This document shows, in pieces, positions 34,324 to 45,082 of a DNA stretch of 49,410 nucleotides. Source of the DNA: Bacillota bacterium (GTDB lineage: Bacteria > Bacillota > Clostridia > TANB77 > CAG-508); NCBI GenBank assembly GCA_963929465.1, contig CAWVJG010000029.1, forward strand, positions 1 to 49,410, given 5' to 3'. Every line of letters starts with the position of its first letter. Positions within the stretch are counted from its first letter, which is position 1. A program made the translations under genes and the position numbers. Below the pieces are notes generated by a model. That model searched no databases, was not told where the DNA came from, and was given only the letters and a program-made list of their open reading frames with translations.

Positions 34324-36237
34324 TTCTAAACCTTTCTCTTCTTTACTGATTTCTCGTATTACTCCATCATCTCCTATGTGATAATGTTTATCTACATATC
34401 TGCTTGCCAAATCTACTCTATGAGTTACTATGATTCCCATAGCTCCTGTATTTTTAATAAATTGTGTTATTGCATGTAATTGGTCGTCTATTAATTCGTC
34501 TTCGACATGTCCCACTGGCTCATCAAATAACATTATAGATGGTTTGTCTGATGCTCTATATAATATTTGTGCTAATACCAATCTTTTCTTCTGTCCTGTC
34601 GAGAATTGACTATAGTCTTTTGTTGACAATTCTTGTAATATTCCCTCTTTATCTAAGCAAACATTTTTTAATACTATTTGTAGCTTTTGCATTTCTTCTT
34701 TGCTCATATCTGAAACAGATTCTTTTCCAACTAGCTCTTTCAGTACATTTCCATTTCGTCCTAAATCTTTATCTGCTTCAATAGCACTAAATTGTTTTCC
34801 TAATTTATCTACTACTTTCTCTCCATCTATTTTAATAATTTGTCTATTATGTATATCTCCTCTTTTTAATAATTTCAAAAAAGTACTTTTTCCTCTACCT
34901 GATTTTCCAGAAAGTAATACAACTTCCCCTTTTTTTATTGAAAATTCTGGTACTTCTATTTTATGCCTAGTGTTAGGGTCTTTTTCTTGATAAAAAATTC
35001 CTTTAAAGTCTTTAATCTCAATACTTTCGAATGGTTCTATTGCTTCTATCAACGGATCTTGTTTTTCTTCTATTTGTCTAATAATATCTTCTAATTTTTT
35101 TTCAGATTCTTTTAACTGATTCTTCTCTCTTATCATTCTAAATATATTGTCAACATTGTGCACTACATTATCTGTCAAATAACTCACTCTATTGGTTTCT
35201 ACGATAATTTGTGATAATGTTTTTGCATCTAATTTTTGTGAATCTTTAATTTTTTCACTTCCGATGACACCTATTAAAATTGCTGAAGATATGATATCTA
35301 CTATTTTCATAATATCTACTTTATTCTGGATTTTACTATCTTCTAAATATACTTTACGTATTTGATTTTTTATCCCTTCTTTCTTTTCTTCTGCTTCCTG
35401 CTCACTTACAGGCTCATTTCTTATTAAGTCGCTTTCCTGTCTATATACTTTCCTTCTCTCTTCTCCGACCTTTTCACCATAATTTTTTGTAACATATCTT
35501 CTTCCTATTAAAGTTCCTACACTAACTAATCCACCCATTCCGATTTTTTTAGCCACTTCCTTTGAATTTTTACTTTCTCCTATCATAGCTCCCAACATAC
35601 TAACAATACTCATTCCTAGTCCTAAATAATTGGTAATGGTATTATCTTGAATTCGATATAATTGATCTGTATACTCTTTCACAATTTCTGCAATTTCTCT
35701 TTCTGACATAGTTATCTCAATTTCTGTTTTTTGCCCCTTACTATCTTCTATCTCCTGTTTTCTGGTTATTATTCCATCTCTTGACTTATCTATAATTTCA
35801 TACATATTGTCTAGGTTTGCAATTTCTCTTTGTAAATTATATTTTTCATGTAAATTTCTTGTATACATCTTTAAAAAATCATAAATAGATCCTCTACATG
35901 CTTTTAATGCAATTAAAGCTTTTGCTGTTTTTGTATTCATCTTTTCATTGTTTGTACTAAAATAGCTTGTTACTGCATCAATTCCTGCATCTCCAATAAT
36001 TCGTAAAAAATCACAACCTGTTATTAAATATTTTAAATCTGATTTGTAAAATTTACCACTTCTCATGTTTTCAATTCTTTTAGGTCTGTTTTCCTTTTTT
36101 ACTATTTTCTTTTTGATTTTTCTCTTTGTATTAAGTGTTTGATTCTTTTTCGTTTGTTCCTCTTTTAAATTTCTTTTAATCATAGAGGTAACCATTTTGG
36201 CTGTTTCTCCAACATTTGGTACATATACATCTTTCAT
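34309..36237 (-). CDS. ABC-ATPase fusion protein with atypical, mostly hydrophilic N-terminal half
   Basis: The C-terminal NBD has Walker A LSGKSGRGKST, signature FSTGQKKR, Walker B IMLFDEP and an H-loop THR. The N-terminal 420 aa have only about 3-4 short hydrophobic segments. Confidence 0.65.
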   Translation of the reverse strand: MKDVYVPNVGETAKMVTSMIKRNLKEEQTKKNQTLNTKRKIKKKIVKKENRPKRIENMRSGKFYKSDLKYLITGCDFLRIIGDAGIDAVTSYFSTNNEKMNTKTAKALIALKACRGSIYDFLKMYTRNLHEKYNLQREIANLDNMYEIIDKSRDGIITRKQEIEDSKGQKTEIEITMSEREIAEIVKEYTDQLYRIQDNTITNYLGLGMSIVSMLGAMIGESKNSKEVAKKIGMGGLVSVGTLIGRRYVTKNYGEKVGEERRKVYRQESDLIRNEPVSEQEAEEKKEGIKNQIRKVYLEDSKIQNKVDIMKIVDIISSAILIGVIGSEKIKDSQKLDAKTLSQIIVETNRVSYLTDNVVHNVDNIFRMIREKNQLKESEKKLEDIIRQIEEKQDPLIEAIEPFESIEIKDFKGIFYQEKDPNTRHKIEVPEFSIKKGEVVLLSGKSGRGKSTFLKLLKRGDIHNRQIIKIDGEKVVDKLGKQFSAIEADKDLGRNGNVLKELVGKESVSDMSKEEMQKLQIVLKNVCLDKEGILQELSTKDYSQFSTGQKKRLVLAQILYRASDKPSIMLFDEPVGHVEDELIDDQLHAITQFIKNTGAMGIIVTHRVDLASRYVDKHYHIGDDGVIREISKEEKGLEREEY

Positions 36238-36377
36238 ATATATTCTCCTTTTTAAAAGTTTACATATTTATTTTACCATATTTTTCTATAAAAATAAAGT
36301 AGATATACTTTATACAATATTATCTACTTTATTACTCATCCCTATATCAAAGTCGAAAGCATTACTAAATGATTATT

Positions 36378-39300
36378 TTAACTATTTTTTAATTTCATAG
36401 ATAACAATTTTGATATACCATTTTCCTCCATGGTAATTCCATAAACCGTATCTGCTGCTTCCATGGTTCCTTTTCTATGTGTAATTACCAAGAATTGCGT
36501 ATTTTTAGAAAATTTCTTTAAATATTCTGCATATCGATAAACATTGACATCATCTAATGCTGCTTCAATCTCATCTAATACACAGAATGGTGCTGGATTG
36601 ATTTTTAAAATAGCAAATAACAAGGCAATGGCTGTAAATGCTTTTTCTCCACCAGATAATAACATCATATTTTGTAATTTCTTTCCTGGTGGTTGTACGG
36701 TTATTTCTATTCCACATTCTAAAATATTGTCTTTATCTTCTAATCTTAAACTTGCAGTTCCTCCACCAAATAATTCTTTAAATACTTCTGCAAAATTTTT
36801 GTTAATCATCTCAAATTTTTCTTTAAATTGTTCTTTCATAATACTTGTCATATCAGAAATAATCTTTCTTAATTTTGCCATTGTACTTTCCAAATCGACT
36901 CTTTGTTCACACATAAAGTCATATCTATCTTTTAAATTTTTGTATTCCTCTATTGAGTCAACATTAACACTTCCCAATTCTTTAATTTGATTTCTCATAT
37001 CTTTTACTTTTTTCTGTGTTAATTGTATATTTTCTGGTTTTCTATAATCTACGACATTGTTTGGAGTTAATTCATATTCTTCCCACATCTTGTTGATGAT
37101 TCCATTAATATCTTCTTCTAGTTTTGTTTTCTTAACATCTACTTTTACCATTTGTGCTTTTAACTCTTCAATGATTTTTAATTTGCTATTAATTTCTTGT
37201 TCTTGTTCTGCCAATTTTTCATTTTTTTGGATTCTTTTTTCTTTTAGTTCTTCTATTTTTGAACCGCTATTTTTTACCTCTTCTTTAATTTTCTCTATCT
37301 TTTCTTTGATTTCTTCAATTGCTTTTTCCAAGTTAAAATTATCTTGCTTGATTTGCTCAATTTGTTTCTTTTTATTTTCAATACTTCTATTCGTACTTTC
37401 TATTTCAGAATGAATTCTTTCTTGAATTTCCTCTATCGAAGTCTCACTTTCATCAAATGAAGATACAGAAATTTTTAAATTTGTAATATCAAAATTCAAA
37501 TCATCTACATATTTTTGATTATCTTTATTTAATTCTGCAAATTCTGTAATGATTTTTTTCAATTTTTCGTTTTCTTCATTGATTGCTTGTATTTTCTCTT
37601 GGAAGTCTGCTTTATTTTTCATACTTTCTTGTTTTTGTTCTTCCAATTTTTTGCTTTCTTCTTTTAGTTTATTTAATCTCGTTTCTACTCTCGTAATATT
37701 TTCCTCTATGCTATTGATTTTCTCTTTTCCTGTTGCGTATGTAATTTCAGTTTCCTGTAATTCTTTTTCAAAAGTTGAAGCCTTTTCTAGTACATGTTCA
37801 ATAGACTCTTGATAAGTTTCTTTTTCCTTTTCAAGTTTTTGTATTTGTTCTTCTAATTTCTTAATTTCTTTTTGTAGTTTTTCAATTTCTCTTCCTCTAC
37901 CTAGGATATTCACTGTCTTTTTCGCAACAGAACCTCCTGTAATAGCACCTGATGGATTAATCACATCTCCTTCTACTGTGATAATTCTAAAGCTATATCC
38001 ATTGTCTTTAGCAACTCTTATAGCCGTTTCCATATCTTGCACAATGACTGTTCTTCCTAATAGATTTAGAATAATGTTTTCAAATTTTTTACTATATTGA
38101 ATTAAGTCTGAAGCAATTCCAATAATTCCTGTATTTTTACCTTTTATTCTATCTAATTTCTTTCCTTTCACTGATGAAATTGGTAAAAATGATGCCCTTC
38201 CTAAATTATTTTTTCTTAAATGTTCAATTAATCTTTTTGCATCTTCTTCATTTTCTGTTACAATATTTTGCAAACTACTTCCTAAACACATTTCAATTGC
38301 TGTTTGATATTCTTCTGGTACTTCTATAATATTTGCTAAAACACCATGCATTCCTTTTCCTAATTCTTTTGTTGTCTCACAATCTTTTAATAATGTTTTA
38401 ACACTTTTGATATATCCTTCTTTTTCTTTTTCTGTTTCTATTAAGAATTTTAATTTTGATTCTTTTATTCTCTTTTCTCCTGAAAGCATATTGATTTTAC
38501 TATCAAAATCTTTGATTTTTCTGTCTGCTTCTTTTTTTTCTTTGTTTACTTCTTCTAAGTCTGTTAAAATTTTATTTCGTTTACTTTCTATTTCATAAAA
38601 TTCTTTTGCAATTTCTTCTTTTTTCATTCTGGTACTATCTAGCTCAGAAATATTTCCAGTCATTTCATTCTTAATTTGTGTTTGTCTTTTTTGATAGTTT
38701 TGATAATTAATATCCTGCTCACTAATACTTGCTTGCAATTCATATTTTTTATCTGTATTTTCTTCTACTGTTTTCTTATGTTCTTCCATTTCTAATTCTT
38801 TACTAGATAATTTTTTTGTGATTTCTGCCAATTCTTTTTCTTTTTCTTCTAACTCTTTTGCAAATTTTTCTCTATTTTGTTTTAAATTTTCTTTCTTTTC
38901 TTCTTTTTGTTTTTTCTCCTCTTCTAATTCTTTTGTTCTTGCTGTTAATTCTTCAATTTCTTTTTCAAATCTTTCTTTATTTTGCTTATTATTTTCAATT
39001 CTTGTATTAGACACATTAATATCAGAATTTAACATCTCAATTTCTTTTTTGCTTTCAAATCCTAAATTAGACATTTCTTCAATCGATTCTGTAATATGAT
39101 CAATTTCTGATTTTAATTCTTCTTTTAAAGCTTTGATTCTTTCTAGTCTACCTTCTTCATCATTACATTGGTTTTTATAGATTTCTTCATCTTTTACAAT
39201 ATCTTCTAATTCTTTTTTATATTTTTCTATATTGTATAAAAACAAACCAATCTCAATATTTTTTAATTCTTCTCTTAAATTCAAATATTTTTTTGCTTTT

Positions 39301-39929
39301 TCTGCTTGTATTTTTAATGGTTCTATATTGGTTTCAATTTCTGCCAATATATCATTAATTCTAAGAAGATTTAATTTGGTATGTTCTAATTTTTTCTCAC
39401 TTTCCGCTTTTCTTACTCTATATTTTACAATTCCTGCTGCTTCTTCAAAAATATGTCTTCTGTCTTCTGATTTATTACTTAAAATCTCATCTATTTTTCC
39501 TTGTCCTATAATGGAATAACCATCTTTTCCAATACCTGTATCCATAAATAATTCTAATACATCTTTTAATCTACATGGTACTTTATTGATATAATAACCT
39601 GTTTCCCCACTTCTATATATTTTTCTTGTAACAGTTACTTCTGTATATTCGATTGGTAGACTCCCATCTGTATTATCAAATACCAATGATGCTTCTGCAA
39701 ACCCTAATGATTTTCTATTTTGTGTACCTGCAAAGATAATATCTAATGATTTTGAACCTCTTAATGATTTCATACTTTGTTCTCCAAGTACCCATCTAAT
39801 AGCATCTGATATATTACTTTTTCCAGAACCATTTGGTCCTATGACACTTGTAATTCCTGGCATAAATTCTAATACAGTTTTATCTGCAAATGACTTAAAT
39901 CCTTGTAATTCTAATCTTTTTAAATACAT
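36378..39929 (-). CDS. smc: Chromosome partition protein Smc
   Basis: 1183 aa with Walker A GPNGSGKSN, long coiled coils, a hinge, signature LSGGEKAF and Walker B FCVLDEIEAALD. Confidence 0.97.
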   Translation of the reverse strand: MYLKRLELQGFKSFADKTVLEFMPGITSVIGPNGSGKSNISDAIRWVLGEQSMKSLRGSKSLDIIFAGTQNRKSLGFAEASLVFDNTDGSLPIEYTEVTVTRKIYRSGETGYYINKVPCRLKDVLELFMDTGIGKDGYSIIGQGKIDEILSNKSEDRRHIFEEAAGIVKYRVRKAESEKKLEHTKLNLLRINDILAEIETNIEPLKIQAEKAKKYLNLREELKNIEIGLFLYNIEKYKKELEDIVKDEEIYKNQCNDEEGRLERIKALKEELKSEIDHITESIEEMSNLGFESKKEIEMLNSDINVSNTRIENNKQNKERFEKEIEELTARTKELEEEKKQKEEKKENLKQNREKFAKELEEKEKELAEITKKLSSKELEMEEHKKTVEENTDKKYELQASISEQDINYQNYQKRQTQIKNEMTGNISELDSTRMKKEEIAKEFYEIESKRNKILTDLEEVNKEKKEADRKIKDFDSKINMLSGEKRIKESKLKFLIETEKEKEGYIKSVKTLLKDCETTKELGKGMHGVLANIIEVPEEYQTAIEMCLGSSLQNIVTENEEDAKRLIEHLRKNNLGRASFLPISSVKGKKLDRIKGKNTGIIGIASDLIQYSKKFENIILNLLGRTVIVQDMETAIRVAKDNGYSFRIITVEGDVINPSGAITGGSVAKKTVNILGRGREIEKLQKEIKKLEEQIQKLEKEKETYQESIEHVLEKASTFEKELQETEITYATGKEKINSIEENITRVETRLNKLKEESKKLEEQKQESMKNKADFQEKIQAINEENEKLKKIITEFAELNKDNQKYVDDLNFDITNLKISVSSFDESETSIEEIQERIHSEIESTNRSIENKKKQIEQIKQDNFNLEKAIEEIKEKIEKIKEEVKNSGSKIEELKEKRIQKNEKLAEQEQEINSKLKIIEELKAQMVKVDVKKTKLEEDINGIINKMWEEYELTPNNVVDYRKPENIQLTQKKVKDMRNQIKELGSVNVDSIEEYKNLKDRYDFMCEQRVDLESTMAKLRKIISDMTSIMKEQFKEKFEMINKNFAEVFKELFGGGTASLRLEDKDNILECGIEITVQPPGKKLQNMMLLSGGEKAFTAIALLFAILKINPAPFCVLDEIEAALDDVNVYRYAEYLKKFSKNTQFLVITHRKGTMEAADTVYGITMEENGISKLLSMKLKNS

Positions 39930-40211
39930 GTATATCTCCTCTTTGTTATGTTTATTTTTACTTATGTTTCTATTTATATATTTATTTTTCTAACATTTTT
40001 ACTTTTATACTATATACTATTTTGGTCTAAAAAACAAGCAAATCTTTTTACTTTTTCTACTACAGTTTAGATTCAAATTCTTAAAGATACTAACTGTAAT
40101 CTTTTTATTTCATATTTAAATAAATTGCTTTTCTTTTCCATTTATAATTTTTTAAAAGATGATTGATTTTTCTTCTATGTTTTATTATAGTATTTGTAAC
40201 AATCATTTATT

Positions 40212-41213
40212 ATGGGAGGTTTTGTGATGCAAAACATGCTTATTGGAACATATTCTCAAAATGGAATTTATACTTTGCAATTTCATAATGCTTCACTTTC
40301 TTTATTGAATAGATCTGATACATTTGAAAATTGCTCATATCTTTCTTATTCTTCTAACCATATTTATGGAATTATAGAATATTCTGAAAGAGACATTTAT
40401 AAAGATGGTGCTTTAATTTCTATGACACCTACTTTTTCAAATCAATATGCTTTTCCTATTTCAGGAAAAGGTCCTTGTTTTATCCTATTAGATGATATAC
40501 GAAACTTACTTTATATTGCTAATTATGGAGATGGCACACTTGATGTTTTTTTATTAGATAGCAATGGCAATATTATTTCTTCCATTTATCATAAATCATA
40601 TACTTCACATTCTCGTATACATCATCTTGCATTTTCAGAAGACAAAAGCATGTTATTTATTAGTGATTTAGGTGATAACAAAATGTATGCTTATCAAATT
40701 ATTTTTGAAAATCAAACATTAGAATTAAAAGAATTAAGCTATTATGCTTTTCCTAATGGTACTTCTCCTAGACATTTAGCTATTTATCAAAATCATATAT
40801 ATGTCATAACTGAGGATTCTTGTGAATTATACCATTTCACATTTTCAGAAAATACTGGTTTTCATTTTGTAAATTCTATTTCTATTCTTGGAAATGATAG
40901 AAGAGAAAATGATACTGGATGTGCCATTAAAATTAGTCAAGACGGAAAATTTATTTATACAAGCATTAGAGGAAAAGATTGTATTTATGTATTTTCAAGC
41001 ACTCCTGAAGTAAATTTGATTCAGACGATTTCTTGTTTTGGAAAAACACCTAGAGATATTCAGTTTGACATTTTTGAAAATTATTTACTTTGTGCCAACC
41101 AAAACTCAGGAAATATTTCTATTTTTAATAGAAACCCAAAAACAGGATTACTTCAATATAATAATAGTTATCATATTGACAATCCTGCATGTATCATTCC
41201 TTATGAAATTTGA
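40212..41213 (+). CDS. Lactonase family beta-propeller protein (6-phosphogluconolactonase-like)
   Basis: Its length and repeated blade pattern are typical of YbhE/Pgl-type lactonases. GGGAGG lies 7 nt before the ATG at 40227, the likely start. Confidence 0.55.
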   Translation: MGGFVMQNMLIGTYSQNGIYTLQFHNASLSLLNRSDTFENCSYLSYSSNHIYGIIEYSERDIYKDGALISMTPTFSNQYAFPISGKGPCFILLDDIRNLLYIANYGDGTLDVFLLDSNGNIISSIYHKSYTSHSRIHHLAFSEDKSMLFISDLGDNKMYAYQIIFENQTLELKELSYYAFPNGTSPRHLAIYQNHIYVITEDSCELYHFTFSENTGFHFVNSISILGNDRRENDTGCAIKISQDGKFIYTSIRGKDCIYVFSSTPEVNLIQTISCFGKTPRDIQFDIFENYLLCANQNSGNISIFNRNPKTGLLQYNNSYHIDNPACIIPYEI

Positions 41214-41935
41214 CCAGAATCTACCACTATATTTTGTCCTGTAATTGCTTTTGTAATATTAGTTAAAGCATAGACTGCATCTGCTATATCACTTTGTTTG
41301 GTAAATTCATTTAATGCAAGCATATCTTTATATCGGTAATTATAGAAATTTCCATTACTTGCAATTTCTTCTTTTGTTGGTACTGTACCTGGAGAAACAA
41401 CATTGATTCTAATGTTTTTTCTCCCTAATTCTTTTGTTAAAGCTTTCATAAGTCCGTATATTCCTGATTTAGCAGCACTATATACTGGCAAATTAAATGT
41501 TTTTAGTGCATTTATAGAAGATATTAATGTAATTGTTTTATTATTCTTCTTTTCATTTTCTAATAGCTGTAAAAATATTTTTACTATATAAATATGACTT
41601 GTTAAGTTTAAATTTATAGATTTTTCTATTTCTTCAAATGTTACAGATTGTATTCCATCTATTTCTGTTGGCATTGGTCTTCCTGCTGCACTAATTAAAT
41701 GAGTTATCCTTCCATATTTTTCTTGTATTTTATTATATACATTCTTTAAATCTTCTATATTTGTGACATCTGCTTGATAATATTCATAATTTTCATTTTT
41801 TAAAAATTCACTATTAGATGTATTTTCATGGATGTCTGTCGCAATAACTACACTTCCATTTTCTAAATATTTTTTTACAATTTCTTGGGCAATATTGCCA
41901 TCTCCTCCTGTAATCAATACAATTTCTTTTTCCAT
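41201..41935 (-). CDS. SDR family oxidoreductase
   Basis: ITGGDGNIAQ Rossmann motif and the YSAAKSG catalytic YxxxK. Confidence 0.8.
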   Translation of the reverse strand: MEKEIVLITGGDGNIAQEIVKKYLENGSVVIATDIHENTSNSEFLKNENYEYYQADVTNIEDLKNVYNKIQEKYGRITHLISAAGRPMPTEIDGIQSVTFEEIEKSINLNLTSHIYIVKIFLQLLENEKKNNKTITLISSINALKTFNLPVYSAAKSGIYGLMKALTKELGRKNIRINVVSPGTVPTKEEIASNGNFYNYRYKDMLALNEFTKQSDIADAVYALTNITKAITGQNIVVDSGQIS

Positions 41936-41944
41936 TATGTTCTC

Positions 41945-42799
41945 CTATCTTTCATATATAATTAATGTTCTTTCTTTTCCTTTTTTTTCAATTATCTCTG
42001 GCTCTTTTAGTATCTTATTGATGATATTTTTTTCTCTAAAATATGGTTCACATCCGTCTGAATAAGCACATATATACTTGATATTGGTTAAATCAATTGC
42101 ATATGTATCTATATAATATTCTGCCTCTGTTTCTCCTGTTAATGCACCAAAAGATATATCTTTTCCTTGATATTTCATTTCTGGTTTATTTCTATAATCT
42201 CTTCTTACCATCATTCTATCTGTTGCATTGTTCCAATCAAATTGATTTTGTTTACTGTATACATTTTCTAAATAATTTTCAAACGGTTTATGATTGTTTA
42301 TGGTTTCAAATTGTATATTTCCATTTTCATCTAAGGCAACAATATGTGAATCTCCTATTGAAAAACAATATAACATATTAGAAGAAATATATCCTCCCAC
42401 TGCTACACAACCATAATAGTCATTTGCTAAGTAATCAATTTCTCTATTTTGATTTATTTTAAAAATATCTTTATTCACCTTTTTTACAATCTCTAAAATC
42501 GTTTCTCTAGATATATTTTGCAAATCACTTTCTTGTAAATACTTCACAAATTGATTTGCACATATTTTAGCAGATTCATATGCTCCACTTGGATTAGGAT
42601 ATGTTTTTACCCATAATTTTGCTTCCTCTTCATTTTTAGGATATGGTACTGCTTCTCCTTTTATAGTATCTCTTGTAACACCATCAGCTACGCAAAACAT
42701 ATCTTCTTTTGCTACATAATAATCCTCTGCTACTGGTTTTAAATTATATTTTTCAAAAATTTTATTATCATACATTTTTGCAAATTTTAATTTAAACAT
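41945..42799 (-). CDS. PP2C-like protein phosphatase domain protein
   Basis: CVADGVTRD and FSIGDSHIV resemble PP2C_2 motifs. The start is taken at the ATG at 42799 (MFKLKF), which overlaps the GT2 stop by 8 nt; the track ORF extends to 42916. Confidence 0.5.
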   Translation of the reverse strand: MFKLKFAKMYDNKIFEKYNLKPVAEDYYVAKEDMFCVADGVTRDTIKGEAVPYPKNEEEAKLWVKTYPNPSGAYESAKICANQFVKYLQESDLQNISRETILEIVKKVNKDIFKINQNREIDYLANDYYGCVAVGGYISSNMLYCFSIGDSHIVALDENGNIQFETINNHKPFENYLENVYSKQNQFDWNNATDRMMVRRDYRNKPEMKYQGKDISFGALTGETEAEYYIDTYAIDLTNIKYICAYSDGCEPYFREKNIINKILKEPEIIEKKGKERTLIIYER

Positions 42800-43907
42800 C
42801 AATCTTTTCCTCTCTAAATTCATCATCATATTCAGATATTTCTTTATACATTTTAGCATCTGGTCTTGACATATTTTCCCTAATTTCTTTTGGTAAATGA
42901 AGTCTAATCTCTGCAATAATTTTGCAATAATTTATCGCTTCTTCATAATCTTCTTTTAAAATTTTATCAATTACCATTCTTAATGATACTTGTGCTGCAG
43001 GTACTTTTAAATCTATACTTAATTCATAAAACCATCTCATCTCTTTTAATATATCCACTCTTTGTTCATATGTAAGTAAATTTGAATCAATAAATTTGTA
43101 TAACATATATGCCATATTTTTCGCATAAGTATATCGATAAAACCCAATATGTCCACTATTTTTAAAATTTTCATAGATAATTTTATATGCTTTATTAATT
43201 CTTGAAAAATAATCTCTTGAACAATTAAAAGATACAGATTTTTTTCTTCTATTTCCTTCATTTCTTTGTCTATAACAATACACAATTTTATTTATATAAT
43301 ATACTTTTGTGGATTTTATAAAACATGAGGTTGTAAAATATGCATCTTCTGCTGGTACTTCTTCTAAAAACTGTATGTTATTTTCTTCTATAAAAGATCT
43401 CCTAAAAATTTTATTACAAGCTGATGAGTTTAATATAAAGAAAGATTTTGTATAATCTGTAATGCTTAATTTAAAATCTTTGTATTTTTCTTGATCAAAT
43501 ATTGGTTTTTCCCAAATTGTTCCATCGAAATCAGCATTTACATAATTTGCAGTAATAAAATCTGCTTTTTTCTTTTCTATTGTATTAAACATAATTTCAC
43601 AGGCATCTTCTGTAAAAAAATCATCTGCATCTGCAAACATGATATATTTTCCTTCTGCCCTTTTTAAGCCTTCATTTCTAGCTGTTCCAGCTACCTTATG
43701 ATTTTTTTCTAATTTTATACCAATAATATTATCATATTTCTCTTCATATGCATCCATAATTTTAGTAGAATTATCTTTTGAATAATCATCTACCATGATA
43801 ACTTGTATAGTCCTAAAATCCATTGTTTGGTGAACAATGGATTCTAATAATTCTCTTAAATATTTTTCTGCATTATATATCGGTATTATAATTGTTATGT
43901 TATACAT
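42792..43907 (-). CDS. Family 2 glycosyltransferase
   Basis: Motifs IIIPIYNAEKYL, VDDYSKDNS and FADADDF (DxD). Confidence 0.85.
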   Translation of the reverse strand: MYNITIIIPIYNAEKYLRELLESIVHQTMDFRTIQVIMVDDYSKDNSTKIMDAYEEKYDNIIGIKLEKNHKVAGTARNEGLKRAEGKYIMFADADDFFTEDACEIMFNTIEKKKADFITANYVNADFDGTIWEKPIFDQEKYKDFKLSITDYTKSFFILNSSACNKIFRRSFIEENNIQFLEEVPAEDAYFTTSCFIKSTKVYYINKIVYCYRQRNEGNRRKKSVSFNCSRDYFSRINKAYKIIYENFKNSGHIGFYRYTYAKNMAYMLYKFIDSNLLTYEQRVDILKEMRWFYELSIDLKVPAAQVSLRMVIDKILKEDYEEAINYCKIIAEIRLHLPKEIRENMSRPDAKMYKEISEYDDEFREEKIDV

Positions 43908-43944
43908 TTTGCTCCTCCCTACTATAGGAATATTTTAGTATTTT

Positions 43945-44877
43945 TTACATATTTTTATCAATGTCAGGCAATAATTGTTTCTTTCTTGAAACAACACCTG
44001 GTAAAAATGCTCTATGATTTTCTAGTTTTACATCAAATGCTTTTTCAACTGCATCTGTTCTTTTTCCTAAAGCAATGATTTCTGAATTACTATTTAAAAT
44101 GTCTGTAATAGCAAATACAAATAACTGTAATCCTTTCTTCTCTATTTCACTATTAATAGCACTTTCTAAATCTGTTTGTCTTTTTAAGACATCTTCGATA
44201 CTTACTGTATTTACTTGTGCAATCACAAATTTATTTCCATCTTTATCAAGATTTTTAGCATCTAAATTTACCAATTCTGCTTCTGAAAAGTCTCCTAAAT
44301 CTGTTCCTGCTTTTAACATTTCTAATCCATATTCTTGAATATTAATTCCAGCTATTTCTTCTAATTCTGTTAATGCTTTTTTATCGTTTTCTGTTGTTGT
44401 TGGTGATTTTAATAATAAAGTATCTGATATAATTGCACTTGCCATCAAAATAGATTCTTCTTTATTAATTTCATGTCCTAATCTTTTATATTCTTCAAAT
44501 AAAATCGTACAAGTACATCCATATGGTTTTGCTGTGTAAGATAAAGGTTCTGATGTTTCAAAATTTGCTATTCTGTGATGATCTGTTACTGACCATATTT
44601 TAGCTTTTTCAATTCCTTCTACACTTTGATTAAATTCATTGTGATCTACTAGTGCTACACCTTGTCCTTCTTCTACTTTATCTAACATTTCTGGTGCTTC
44701 TATATGTAAATAATCTAATACATATTGTGTTTCTTTATTTACTTTTCCTAATCTTTTTGCAACTGTGTTATTTTCTCCATTTCTTTTGTCTAATCTTTCA
44801 CTTACTAAACTTGCACATATTGAGTCTGTGTCTGGATTTTTGTGTCCAAATATAAATACTTCATTTTCCATATTCAT
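43945..44877 (-). CDS. ppaC: Manganese-dependent inorganic pyrophosphatase (family II)
   Basis: DHH family: HKNPDTDS and VTDHH, 310 aa. Confidence 0.9.
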   Translation of the reverse strand: MNMENEVFIFGHKNPDTDSICASLVSERLDKRNGENNTVAKRLGKVNKETQYVLDYLHIEAPEMLDKVEEGQGVALVDHNEFNQSVEGIEKAKIWSVTDHHRIANFETSEPLSYTAKPYGCTCTILFEEYKRLGHEINKEESILMASAIISDTLLLKSPTTTENDKKALTELEEIAGINIQEYGLEMLKAGTDLGDFSEAELVNLDAKNLDKDGNKFVIAQVNTVSIEDVLKRQTDLESAINSEIEKKGLQLFVFAITDILNSNSEIIALGKRTDAVEKAFDVKLENHRAFLPGVVSRKKQLLPDIDKNM

Positions 44878-44907
44878 TTCTCCTTTTTCGTTTTTCTTAT
44901 CTTATCC

Positions 44908-44936
44908 ATTATATTTTCATTTATGAAATTTGTCAA
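44908..44936 (-). promoter_or_regulatory. SigA-type promoter of ppaC
   Basis: On the minus strand, TTGACA-17 nt-TATAAT. Confidence 0.55.
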
Positions 44937-45035
44937 TAATTAGAAATCTTAAATGATTCTTAAGTTTTCTGCTTGTTTTTTTATTCAAAAATAAATCTCA
45001 CTTCTCAAAAACTTTTTTTCTACTTTTCTAATTCA

Positions 45036-45070
45036 ACAAAAAAGAATAGAAGATTCCCTCATCTATTCTT
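45036..45070 (-). terminator. Terminator of hslO
   Basis: The stem aagaataga/tctattctt is followed by TTTTTTG on the minus strand. Confidence 0.65.
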
Positions 45071-45082
45071 TGCCATTTTTTT

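Noticed and set aside
36544-39519. Many plus-strand ORFs from the track inside smc (36544-36990, 37057-37413, 37549-37812, 38407-38598, 38818-39099, 39232-39519). Similar antisense ORFs lie inside other genes (e.g. 927-1172, 5477-5797, 15662-16012, 18251-18709, 30612-32933, 46847-47359).
   Set aside because: They lie antisense to genes with unambiguous family motifs. They encode S/F/L/I-rich low-complexity strings, as expected from reading AT-rich K/E/N codons backwards, and they lack RBSs.
43046-43285. 79-aa ORF in a second frame of the minus strand inside the GT2 gene.
   Set aside because: It is nested entirely within a well-supported GT2 coding frame, with no RBS and no recognisable features.
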